Source of the DNA: Octopus sinensis
Lineage: Eukaryota
Direction: 5' to 3'
Assembly: GCF_006345805.1 (NCBI RefSeq)
Contig: NC_043006.1
Location: forward strand, 84,134,001 to 84,198,000
Length of the DNA stretch: 64,000 nucleotides
Shown here: piece by piece, positions 52,261 through 64,000 of the stretch
Layout of the letters: every line of letters starts with the position of its first letter
Position numbering within the stretch: position 1 is the stretch's first letter
The notes under the pieces: model-generated
Databases searched by the model: none
What the model saw: the letters and a program-made list of their open reading frames with translations, nothing else
What the model was told of the DNA's origin: nothing
Made by a program: the position numbers and the translations under genes

Positions 52261-53099
52261 ATGCGTGTGAGTGTGTATATTTGTGTCTCCTTGTCTTGTA
52301 ATTGTGTAACAGTTGTAAATGAGTGTCACTGTCGCACAAGCCATGTCTTCATTTGCATTATTTGACAAGAACATGTCTGGCCATGAGAAAACAACTTTTA
52401 ATGTGCTTGTAAACAGCTGAGGGTTGACTGTAGAAAAATCTGTCTCAAGTGAACTTCATCTAACTCATGCAAACTTGGAAAAACAGGCGTTAAATAATGA
52501 TGATGATGACGTTGTTGTTAACAGGATCCCTTCTGGTCAATGTTCTGATGTAGTTCCCTGATATTTCAATAACGTTATTATAGAAATTCCATTAAATACA
52601 GCCACAGAAACAAAAGATACATTCTGTCTGTAATAATAAAAAAGAAAAAAAAACCCACTTACATTTTGATGTTATCAAACATTTATGTAGATGTTCATCT
52701 ATTTTATCAATTATTTTATAGATAAGTTTTAAGTTTCAATCCAGGATGTTGTTGAACCAATTCCATCCTCCCTTTGTTTCTCTCTCTCTACTTAAAACAT
52801 TTAAAGTCTACTTAAAATGATTGGTGTCATTATTCTAATTGTTCTGTTTCTGTTTTGTAATTACATTTAAGTATATATTATACTTATATTCGTTGCTACT
52901 TTGGAGCTCCTTTAAGGATTTTAATGATACCCCCCACCCAATTTTTAAAAATCTGTATCAATGAAATTCTTTATATTCTGCTATGTACTAAAATTTCTAA
53001 CAACAACAACAACACACACATTAAAGTAATAAAGTTAATATTTAGTCACAGAGCGACCAATGGTATACAATATATATATATCTAGGGTGGGTAAAATTC

Positions 53100-53775
53100 C
53101 CGAGATCCATGGATGAGTTCTCTCTAGTGGTCCTTATCCCTCATCATTGGTGCCATGTCCTGTATCTCCCAGAGACCAGTGTCTGTCCTTAGGGCACCAA
53201 CATACATCATCCTCAGTCTCCCCTTCTAGTGTGTCCATGTAGGGACTCCCACAAGAGCACTGAGTACAGTATCAACTCTGAATGATGGTGAGGATTTCCA
53301 GCTAATCTCAGTCTCCTCTGTATTATGTTCAAGCTAACTATTGAGAGGCTCTTGTACAGCTCTGAGTTCTTCATTCTCAGTGTAAACTGATTAATATGTT
53401 CAGAGCCATCCTCGGCATTCTCGTGTTGTACCCATCCACCATCCGAGTGAGTTTCTTGGTCAGTGTCCAAGTCTCAGGCCCGTACAACAGCACAGACGTA
53501 CAGACTCCACTACAGCAACAAAGAGACGGATCTTCAGGTCTTTATGAAGGTCTAACTTCCATACAGATCTCAAACTGTGGCATGCCACCCAGGCTTTGCT
53601 CTTCCTCTCAACTACATCACCCTCTGTGTTCCCAATCTTTGCTCCCAAATACAGGAAGTCCTCAACCAAATCTAGTGGCTTCCTGTCAACATCCATAATC
53701 TTCTCTGGCTTCTTAATGTTCTCTACCAGATACTTCATCTTAATCTCATTTATTTTCAGTCCCACATTCATATAC
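53100..53775 (-). mobile_element. Decayed non-LTR retrotransposon RT C-terminal region (RTE-like)
   Basis: VGLKINEIK...VEDFLYLG...KAWVACHSLRSVWK...LKIRLFVAVVESV and RRLRLAG...LLWESLHG motifs. Confidence 0.8.
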
Positions 53776-54960
53776 ATGTATACACATGTATCTTTTACTT
53801 GTTTCAGTCATTAGATTGTGACCATGCTGGGGCACCATCTTAAAGTATTTTTAGTTGAAGTAGTTATTATTCATTTAATTTTTTTTGTCATGTGTGGCAC
53901 CTTGGGCAAGTGTCTTCTACTATAGCCTCAGACCAACCAAAGCCTTGTGAGTGGATTTGGTAGACAAAAACTGAAAGAAGCCCATCGTATATATGTATAT
54001 ATATATATATGTGTGTGTGTGTGTCTGTGTGTGTGTGTGTATGTGTATGTTTGTGTGTCTGTGTTTGTCCCCCCAACATCACTTGACAACCAATGTTGGT
54101 GTGTATACGTCACCATAACTTAGCGATTCGACAAAAGAGACCAATAGAATAAGTACTAGGCTGACAAAGAATAAGTCCTGGGGTCGATTTGCTCGACTGA
54201 AAGGCGGTGCTCCAGCATGGCCACAGTCAAATGACTGAAACAAGTAAAAGAGTAAAGAGTATATGGAAATGTATATTAATTGCCAGATAATTTACATTCT
54301 TTCGTTTTCCTTCTTAAGTTATTCATGAACAGATACCATTTCAGTTCGTCTAAACATTATATCATAACCTTATTTTATCCTCTTACTGAATTTTAAACTG
54401 TTACTATTTTTATTCACTCTGTGAATTTCCATGTATTGTGGTTTGTATAGTTTTTAATTCTTGTTTCTCTAGCATTGACAGAACCTGACTCTGTTAAGTA
54501 GTTATTAATTGTTCACATCAGACTTGTCACTATATATAAATATTTATAACTGTCCAACCCATGCCAGCATAAAAAATAGACATTAAACGATTATTGTGGC
54601 ACTCCACCAGTTCCAATTGATCCAATCAACAGAACAGTCTGCTCGTGAAATTAACGTGCAAGTGGCTGAGCACCCCACAGACATGTGTACCCTTAACGTA
54701 GTTCTCAAGGAAATTCAGCGTGACACAGAGTGTGACAAGGCTGGCCCTTTGAAATACAGGTACAACAGAAACAGGAAGAAAGAGTGAGAGAAAGCTGTGG
54801 TGAAAGAGTACAGCAGGGTTTGCCCCCCCCCCCCCTGCCAGAGCCTTGTGGCGCTTTAGGTGTTTTCATTCAATAAACACTCACAACGCCCGGTCTGGGA
54901 ATCGAAACCGTGATCCTATGACTGGGAGTCTGCTGTCCTAACCACTGGGCCATTATGCCT

Positions 54961-55000
<40 letters not shown>

Positions 55001-55522
55001 ATTTAGGATAAAGTCATTATTAAATGATTTATTAGTGGCCAGCATACTAGAATACCATAATGGTTAATTTATATTAAAATTACAATAAAGGCATTGAATA
55101 ATTACAATGCCAGTCTGCTAGAAGTAGATTCCAATGCTCTAGGAACTACTTAGATTTTTACTCCATTACCACAAGATTGTGAAGAAAATAGACAGTGAGA
55201 TTTATAAAATAATGTATAGATATGGTACTATCCAAATTATTTTATAAACCCTCACTGTCTATTTTCCTCCCTTACTGTCTTGTGGTAATGGAATAATATA
55301 TATATATATATATATATATATTCTTTTACTTGTCCCAGTCAATTGCTGGAGCACTGCCTTTAGTCAAACAAATTGACCCCAGGACTTATTCTTTGTAAGC
55401 CTTGTACTTATTCTATCAGTCTCTTTTTTGCCAAACTACTAAGTTACGAGGACGTAAACACACCAACATCAGTTGTCAAGTGATGGTGGGGGTACAAACA
55501 CAGACACAAACATATACATACA

Positions 55523-55601
<79 letters not shown>

Positions 55602-55725
55602 TAAAAGGAATTCCAACCTTGTCTGATTTTCACGTTTTATTTACAATCTTATAATGATATAATATAAGATAATATAATATAATAGAATAAAATAAAATAG
55701 TAGAATGTTAAATGTTCATTCTGAT

Positions 55726-55770
55726 TAAACTAGTACTTTCATGCATTAAATTATGCAATCTTCAGGTTCA
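55726..55770 (-). ncRNA. Minimal type I hammerhead ribozyme motif
   Basis: Minus strand: ugaac-CUGAAGA-u-ugcau-aauuua-augca-u-GAAA-guac-UA-guuua; complete core, stem I ugaac/guuua, stem II ugcau/augca, palindromic stem III AGUACU. Confidence 0.7.
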
Positions 55771-56552
55771 TGTAGTAGTGGTGACAGTCATGCTTCACAA
55801 TTTTTGACTGTAGCGAGATGGTTAAATCTGTGCCTTAAATACACCTGTGTGGGCTCCAGATTGCTAGGTTTTGCAAACTGTATTCTGACCAATCAGTGTG
55901 TAGCATCACTCAATTACTTAAGCTGATTGGTTGGTTTCACGCTTTGTTGAACATGTCAAGAGTCCTGTATCTTAACCCTGGCTGAGGCAGCAATTGTTGG
56001 GCTATTTTTAGAAATGTTGTAAATAGCCTTTGTCAGGGATTTTTATATTTCAATTGTCATCATCATCATTGTCAGCATCTTAATTATTGTTGCTAGTGGT
56101 GGCAATAGAACTTTTAACCCTAAATAAGATAATTTTCCTGCTATCTTCATCTTGATCACCTTTAGTATTGTTGTTGTTGTTAGTGGTCATGGTCGTAGCA
56201 GTAGAAGTAGTACCTCTAAGTATTATTATTATTGTTTATTTAGCTTGGGTTCGAATTTATCAATAAAATTCTTTTCTCTGATTTTCCTCTCGATTTCACT
56301 TGGGCTGTGTAATTTGTAGAATGGAAATATTATATATATTTTCCGACCACATGTTGCTAGGTGGTTACTCAAAGATATCTGACGGACCTCTGGGTCTCTA
56401 ATCTGTTGTCGGTGTACACATGAGCGTTCTGATAGTGCATTTCTCGTCTGACCTACATATATTTCTTCACAATTTGGGCATTTGATGCAGTAAACTAAAT
56501 TTTGCAGTTCATATTCGCGTTTGTGAATATTTTCCCAGTTTTTGTATTTATA

Positions 56553-56712
56553 GGCGCAGGAGTGGCTGTGTGGTAAGTAGCTTGCTAACCAACTACATGG
56601 TTCCGGGTTCAGTCCCACTGCGTGGCATCTTGGCAGTGTCTTCTGCTATAGCCCCGGGCCGACCAATGCCTTGTGAGGGATTTGGTAGACGGAAACTGAA
56701 AGAAGCCTGTCG

Positions 56713-56751
<39 letters not shown>

Positions 56752-56975
56752 GTTTGTGTGTCTGTGTTTGTCCCCCTAGCATTGCTTGACAGCCGATGCT
56801 GGTGTGTTTACGTCCCCGTCACTTAGCGGTTCAGCAAAAGAGAGCGATAGAATAAGTACTGGGCTTACAAAGAATAAGTCCCAGGGTCGATTTGCTCGAC
56901 TAAAGGCGGTGCTCCAGCATGGCCGCAGTCGAAGGACTGAAACAAGTAAAAGAGTAAAAGAGAGAGAGAAAGAGT
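56553..56975 (+). mobile_element. SINE family A inserted in the Penelope ORF
   Basis: Full-length, low-divergence copy; removing it restores ...HTGQ-YKYK... on the minus strand; short tata duplication. Confidence 0.88.
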
Positions 56976-59077
56976 ATATATTGGCCGGTATGTATGAAAT
57001 GGCATGTGCCACACCGGCTATCATTGCATTTAGATACAGTGAATGTTTGGTCTTTGTTGCTAAGGTCAAATTTTGCCTTTGTTAGTAATTTTTTCAAGTT
57101 TTACTAAGAACCATAGCTCGATCCATGATTATATCTTTTAATTCATTACTTTGAGCAATGATTGGTAGGTTTGCTTTGGCAATGTTGAATATATTCTGGT
57201 GACATGGGTTGTGTGTCACAATGAATGATATGACTTGTTCTTGTTTTCCTCTTCCTTGGGTTGTCCTAAGTTGTTGTATGGGTATTTTTATAGCCCGCTG
57301 TATGCCATTTTCTATAAGTAGAGATGGGTATTTTTGTTTGAGCAAAAATTCTCTTAGTTCTGTTAGGCATTTGTTCCTGATATTTGCATCTTCTACAATG
57401 GTATTATATATATATATATATCATCATCATCATTGTTTAACGTCCGCTTTCCATGCTAGCATGTATATATATATATCTACTACATATGTGGAAAATTGGT
57501 GTGTATTTGTTTGTGGTGTTGTTAGCTAACTCCTACATCATTTTATTGATTTTGATGAAACTTGACACCTGAGTAGAACTCATGTCTGGAAACCTTGTGA
57601 CATACTTAGATTGTTGAAAAAAATCGATAATACAACCCCTGGACGGGTCTTTTATATCTGCCTCATATAACTAATTTTGTTTTTAAACACCCAAGGGAAA
57701 TAACCCATAGCACTTGTACAATATTTTATTAAACACTCAAGGAAAATAACCCATTTCATTGTTTATGTTTGATTACTTTGTATGTTGTTCATGTGAATCA
57801 TTTATATTCTTGTGAAAAAAAGAGATTTTTTTCAACATTATTTGCCTAAATTGTTTATATCCTCATCACTACTGTTATAATGTGGATCCTCGTCCACTTG
57901 TATGTTCTTGTCACCACTAATATGTTGTGGCGGTATTCTGTGTCTTATCGTCTTTGACTTGTCTATCGTCCTATCGTTGATGGCTCTGCAAGACAATGAC
58001 TTTGAAACATCTACCTTGATGGTAACTCAAACTTGAATATATTGTGTAACTGACACTGACTCCAACTGAGGACTTGTACAATGACTCTGCTACTACTAAA
58101 CTCCTGCAATGACTGACTGTTTGACCTTATAGTGACTGTGTCATACCACTTTGTCACATGGGAAAGGGTGTACCATTTTCACTGCAACACACACACAATA
58201 GGCTTTTTCTCTACCAAATTCACTTGCATGGCATTGGTCAACCTGGAAGTTAGTAGAACACACATGCCCAAGCTGCAGCACATGTGGGATTGAACCCCAA
58301 ACCATGTGGTTCCAAAGCAAGCCTCTTAACCACACAGTGAGGCCTGTGCCAATATGTTCATTTTTCCATGCTCGCATGAATTAGATGAATATATTATTGA
58401 AGCATTGATTTAAGGTTGAATACCCTTTTCACAACTAACCTTTATTTGTTTTTCATGTAAGGGATTTCTTACTCTATATGACTTTGAAGGTATGAAACAA
58501 AGCGAGTGATTTGTTGATGAAAGTAATAACAACAATGACGAAGGACAGATGGTAAAAGTCAGGAGAGAATAAGGAACCAATTGAAACACCATGCAATTGA
58601 CACAAGCATATAAACATATGTATACCCCCCCCCCCCGAATTGTATTAGTTTGTTGTGATGAAGATGTTGAAACAATGTTAGTTGATGGAAGTGGTAGTGA
58701 TAGTGGTGGTGGTGGTGGTGGTTTTCGTAAGTTGTAGGGAGCTGACGACACACAATTTGTGTAATTTAACACATGTGCCTTAGTGCATGCAATTATCTTC
58801 ACTGCTACCACAGCCATCTATGCCACAACTGCCACCAAGAAACAAACAGCAAATACACATCATCACCTTTGTCACCACAAAACCACCACCATTTACAATT
58901 ATCTCTTTTCCTTTCCCTTTTTACTCTTGCTTTCTTTTCTTTGGTTTTCTCCTTTGAGTTACTTCCCTTTGCATGACTGAAAAGGTAGCTTGGTAGGTAG
59001 GTAGGTAAAAATGTGCTATCATATTAACTAGCTGATTCCATGGTTTGATTTAGAGACTCTGTGTGTGTGTGTGTATA

Positions 59078-59119
<42 letters not shown>

Positions 59120-59702
59120 CAAATCCACTGAAAAGGTTTGGTTTGTCCAATACTATACTTGAAGACACTTGACCAAGGTGCCATGCAATGAGACTGAACC
59201 TCGAACCATGTGGTTGGGAAGCAAGCTTCTTACTACACACCCACACTCGTGCAGATATAAGGATAGAGAATATAAAGCTAAGCTTTGAAAATCAAAAGCA
59301 AGTTGCTAATAAAATTGTGTTTTATGGTTCGAATAAAAACAAAACCATGATGTTTGTGAATGAAACTGATCCAGTACAGAATTTCTTTTCTTTTTACAAA
59401 CATCTTGATAAAGGTTTATTTGTAGAAATGACTTTATTAAGAGTTATGACTATTGAAAAGGTTGTAAGACGCAATGAAAATTTTAGGAGAATAAAAATAT
59501 GAAATAACTGGAAATTTTACCAGTGAGTGTGTTACATTGTAAGGCACAAAAAGAAACTGACTCTCCCCAGACACAACAGAATATGCTTCAACACACAAAC
59601 TCATATAAAGAATCTTGCAAACCAAAGCCAAAAACGAAATACTTTATTAAATATTGTTTTTAATTCTTAATTTTTTTTTCTGTTTTTCTTCTTCCTCTTT
59701 AG

Positions 59703-59853
59703 AATGGTCAAAGAATTTTTGGCTCAAAACAACACTGCTCAGATACGAAAACTCTTACGTGTCCTTGGTGAAGATTTTTCTGTCTCACATAATTTAAATA
59801 CGAGGAAAGGTGGTTTAATGGGCTTGGCAGCTACTGCCATTGGTCTTGGAAAG
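59703..59853 (+). CDS. VAC14: VAC14, second coding exon
   Basis: Long pyrimidine tract + ag (59701-59702); 151 nt; (K)MVKEFLAQNNTAQIRKLLRVLGEDFSVSHNLNTRKGGLMGLAATAIGLGK; donor gtaaga; RKGGL.GLAA motif of VAC14. Confidence 0.95.
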
Positions 59854-60214
59854 GTAAGATATTCTTTGTGTCTTTTCTTCAGGCATAAACTGATATTATT
59901 AATTCTCATGCCTGCCACATCATTCTCATCATCAATATTATTGTCATCGTCTTTGTTTTAACATCCACTTTCCCATGGGCTGCTTGGATTAGACGGAATT
60001 TGTTGAAGCAGATTTTCTGCTGCAGGATGCACTTCCTGTGGCTGACCCACACCTGTTTCCAATCAAGGCCAGACATGTTTACATGAACAATTGGAAATTA
60101 GGGATACTGCTTGTACACTCATCTGATGTCAAAATTAGGAGACACAAACACACATGCACATACATCCACACACACACACAACTACACACACAATGTATGT
60201 ATACATATTATATA

Positions 60215-60551
60215 TTCTCTTTTACTTGTTTCAGTCATTTGACTGCGACCCCAGGACTAATTCTTTGTAAGCCTAGTACTTATTCTATCGGTCTCTTTTG
60301 CCAAACTGCTAAGTTACGGGGACGTAAACACACCAGCATCGGTTGTCAAGCGATGTTGGGGGGACAAACACAGACACACAAATACACCACACACATATAC
60401 TTATATATGACAGATTTCTTTTAGTTTCCGCCTACCAAATCCACTCACAAGATTGTAGTAGAAGACACTTGCCGAAGGTGCCATACAGTGGGACTGAACC
60501 TGGAACCATGTGGTTGGTAAGCAAGCTACTTGCCACACAGCCACTCATGCG

Positions 60552-60553
<2 letters not shown>
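60215..60553 (-). mobile_element. SINE family A with internal deletions
   Basis: Reverse copy in VAC14 intron 2. Confidence 0.8.
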
Positions 60554-60595
<42 letters not shown>

Positions 60596-60981
60596 CTATA
60601 TATTCAATCACATAAACTTAATGCACATGCTAAATGTTCTTGCTGGTAGGCTGCTGTTGGCATGGTGGAGAATACTTTCTCAAAGTGCCGCATGTAAAAA
60701 AACACCTTAGAGTCATGGACAGGTGAGTTAACTCACCCTCAATCCTGTCTAGGAGTGATGGACATCAATGTTTCACTATTTTTGTGGCTTGTCAACATCA
60801 TGTACCTGACAGAATCAGTGATGAATTACCTCATCAGTTCATGACATATATGCTCGTGGCAGAAGTTTGCTTCCCAACCACATGGCTCTGGGTTCAGTCC
60901 CACACCATGGCACTTTGGGCAAGTGTCTTCTGATATGGCTTAGGGCCGACCAAAGCCTTGTGAGTAGATTTGGTAGACAAA

Positions 60982-61021
<40 letters not shown>

Positions 61022-62357
61022 CATCATCATCAGGATTATCATCGTTTAACGTCCGTTTTCCATGCTAGCATGGGTTGGACGGTTTCACCGGGTTCTGAGA
61101 AGCCAGGAGGCTGCGCCAGGCTCCAGTCTAATCTGGCACTGTTTCTATAGCCAGATGCCCTTCCTAACGCCAACCACTCCATGAGTGTAGTGGATGCTTT
61201 TTATGTGCCATCGGCACAGAGCCAGTATGTGCTTTTTACATGTCACCGACAAGGACGCCAGTCAGGCGGCGCTGACATCAGCCATGTTTGGATGGTGCTT
61301 TTTACGTGCCACCGGCACAGGGATCAGAACTACAATGTCCATTTGATTTTTATTTTGATGTTGGTGTTGACGTACTTGACTCAATAGGTCTCCTCATATA
61401 TATGCATGCATGCGTGTGTGCATGGCAGTGGCTCTCTTCAAGGCCGCAGTCAAATGGCTGAAACAAGTGAAAGATAAAAGATAAAAGATAACAAAATAAA
61501 CACACACACCAATAGAGTTGGTTGGTTATTTCTTTTCTGATCTGTACTGACTGATTCAGGACATGCGTGGACAACAAGTGGACAAGAATCTATGAGACAT
61601 GTTTAGCTCATTCCAGCTTGGTGGTGGTGGGGGATGGGAGGACAAACATAAAATGGTAATAATGGTGGTGGTAGTGGTGGTGGTGGTGTTGATGATGATG
61701 AAGGTGGTGGTAATGATGATGATGGTGATGATAATGATGATGATGGTTATTGTACTGATAGCAGCGCTGATACATTTAATTTGTTCTTTGTATTCAGAAC
61801 ACGATCGCAATCTTCTCGTGTGTTTTACTTAAAGATAGTACAGCCCTCTCTTCCTTCACAGATGTATACAGACCCATTTTTAGAAATTTCTTATATATAC
61901 TCACTTACATGTGTATGTATGTATGTATTGTAGAGGGAACATGTGGAAGGGGTAGACCCAGGAAGACATAGGACATTGGGACTCACAGAGGGGATGACAG
62001 GGGACTGAGGGTCCTAGCAGTTTGCTGCGTTTGAAAAGATGTGTCCAGCTAAGTAAAAGCGTGGTTGTCCTTGATAGAGGCTCCTCCCTGCAACCCTCTC
62101 CAGCAGAGCATCCCTAATCTTATGGACGCATAGGTGTTGGTGCCACATAAAATGCACCCATGCTGGTGCTGCGTAAAAGCACCCAGTACACTCTCTAAAG
62201 TGGTTGGTATTAGGAAGGCATCCAGCCATAGAAACCATGCCAGAACAGACAGAGCTTGAAAAGCGCTTCAGCTGGTCAGCTCCTATCAAACCATACAACC
62301 CATGCCAGCATGGAAAATGGACATTGAATGCTGAGGATATATATGTATGTATATATA

Positions 62358-62646
62358 TCACCATGATCACCGTGACTGACCAGGCTATTAGATGTTTGTA
62401 CACATCACTGGTCACAATGTGCATCGCATTGTTTTAGCCTTCAAATGACGCGACCCCGCTGGCTAAGCGAGCAGACCATCAGAAGAAAGAGTGAGAGAAA
62501 GTTGTGGCGAAAGAGTACAGCAGGGATCGCCACCATGCCAGAGCCTCATGGTGCTTTTAGGTGTTTTCGCTCAATAAATGGAAATCGAAACCACGATCCT
62601 ATGACCGCGAGTCCACTGCCCTAACCACTGAGCCATTGCGCCTCCA
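62358..62646 (-). mobile_element. SINE family D
   Basis: High identity to 45741-46048. Confidence 0.8.
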
Positions 62647-63260
62647 CATGTATATATATGTGTGTATATATATATATATTTCATTTTCATTTTTTTCATT
62701 TCATTTTATCTAGTTTCAGCTCACAAGCTGTGGCCATGCTGGGGCACCGTCATTCGGTGTTGCTACATGATTTTACTTCACGAATGCTTTTTAGCAAATG
62801 ACATTTGGTGCATGAGAGAATTTGATGCAGCTGCCCTCATCTGCACCTCCTGCCGCTAAGTTGGTTCATCAAATATATATATGTATAATATATATATATA
62901 TATATATATATTCAAACACGAATGAGAAGCAGTGCTAGTGTTACAAACATTATTGACTGCACATACTCATTGTATGTGTTTTGCTTGTTCACCAGTTCAC
63001 TGTGGTTTAGCATGGTAGAGATGACTCCCCCAAAGTCTATGACTTTCAGGTGTTTCAGCACCTGGCACTTTGAGGGAGTCATCCCCACTGTGCTAAACTG
63101 CAGCCTACCAGCAAACAAGCGAAGCTCATGCATTGATTATGTTTAGTCGACATATATTTTGCATTACCTGTTCTTTTTATAATTTAGGTAATTCTTGAAA
63201 TATTTTCATGCTTTACTTGATTCTTTTCCATTAATTCCTTTTTTGATTTTCTTTTCCTAG

Positions 63261-63428
63261 GAATCTGATAAATACGTCAGTGGACTTGTAAAACCGGTGC
63301 TGGCTTGTTTCCATGATCAAGACAGTGGTGTCCGTTACTATGCCTGTGAGGCTCTGTATAATATCGTCAAAGTCTGTAGAGGTTCTGTGTTACCATACTT
63401 CAATGACATTTTCAATGGATTGAGTAAG
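63261..63428 (+). CDS. VAC14: VAC14, third coding exon (HEAT repeats); gene continues beyond window
   Basis: cttttcctag acceptor; 168 nt; [56 protein letters not shown]; donor gtgagt; [14 protein letters not shown] motif. Confidence 0.95.
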
Positions 63429-63496
63429 GTGAGTCATTTCATTCAGTTTGATGAGTATTTGTTTTCTTTCATCATTCACTATACTTGTACTTGTGG

Positions 63497-64000
63497 CGAC
63501 ATTCACCCTGGGCGGGTTGAGTCGGCTTCTTCTATCACCCTCGAGGCATCTCGAACCATGGCAGCCCACGCACGACGGTCCTGTGCCAATTCACTGGAGA
63601 TAGCGAACCAGTCACGGTTCAATCGGCGCAGGCCAACCACCTGCGGTCCTGAGAGCACGGAGAGGTCCTCCGGAAGAAGTTTTGTGGGAATATATGGATT
63701 TCACAAGAGGTCCCCAACAATCCCACATGTAGAGACATCCTGTTTGCCACAGATTGTCCGCAGACTCAGGGACAGAACGACCAAGGAGCCACTGGTTACC
63801 GAAGCAGACACTCCGAGGATTTTCACCAGAGCCCCATCTACCAGGTTGTCGCCCTAATACCACTCAGTGTCAGACCGATCCACCTTGGGTGGCCCTACTG
63901 AAGTTCCCGACGGCATAGCTCTGACACTACCCGTTGCTAGTGTCCCCACCACAATGAGGAGGGGATGGATTTTGGGGAAGTATCATTCACTGCATTCACT
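63497..64000 (-). mobile_element. RTE-like LINE 3' end
   Basis: Minus strand encodes ...[28 protein letters not shown]...*, the A.DR..W C-terminal motif of RTE-type ORFs; GC-rich block running off the window. Confidence 0.6.

Larger units (their letters stand above)
55620..57400 (-). mobile_element. Penelope-like retroelement remnant (RT thumb, linker, GIY-YIG endonuclease, 3' region)
   Basis: KYPSLLIENGI...FIVTHNP, KCNDSRCGTC linker, NLVYCIKCPNCEEIYVGQT...R...H...REKNFI..F.PKLN; stop at 56229; interrupted by SINE A. Confidence 0.88.

Noticed and set aside
61556-61832. Poly-Val/Met and poly-Thr/Ile ORFs
   Set aside because: (GGT)n/(GAT)n simple repeat in an intron.
63429-63857. 3' part of the 186-aa ORF 63297-63857 as VAC14 coding sequence
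   Set aside because: VAC14 similarity stops at the gtgagt donor (63429); the rest is read-through into intron and an antisense LINE.

Overview
AT-rich, repeat-dense eukaryotic genomic DNA, most likely from an octopus or other coleoid cephalopod (inferred from the SINE repertoire). Two spliced + strand host genes are visible. The first is the last three coding exons of a TBC1D24/skywalker-type gene (TLDc domain; 7495-7653, 11927-12138, 14829-14964). The second is the first three coding exons of VAC14 (41122-41222, 59703-59853, 63261-63428), with an 18.5 kb first intron. Nearly all other ORFs in the track are spurious or come from transposons. The rest is a mosaic of several SINE families, microsatellites, MITEs and foldback elements, a Helitron, decayed piggyBac and mariner transposases, Tx1/L1, RTE and CRE-type LINE fossils, a probable solo LTR and a Penelope-like GIY-YIG element. 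Most notable: (1) a 5S rRNA-headed SINE sharing its 3' tail with the main tRNA-SINE; (2) a minimal hammerhead-ribozyme motif downstream of the Penelope ORF, plus decayed hammerhead-like copies elsewhere; (3) head/tail shuffling among SINE families; (4) three ATGA-linked upstream ORFs before VAC14; (5) a candidate 18-nt in-frame microexon in the TBC1D24-like gene. Family assignments come from recalled motifs, not database searches.
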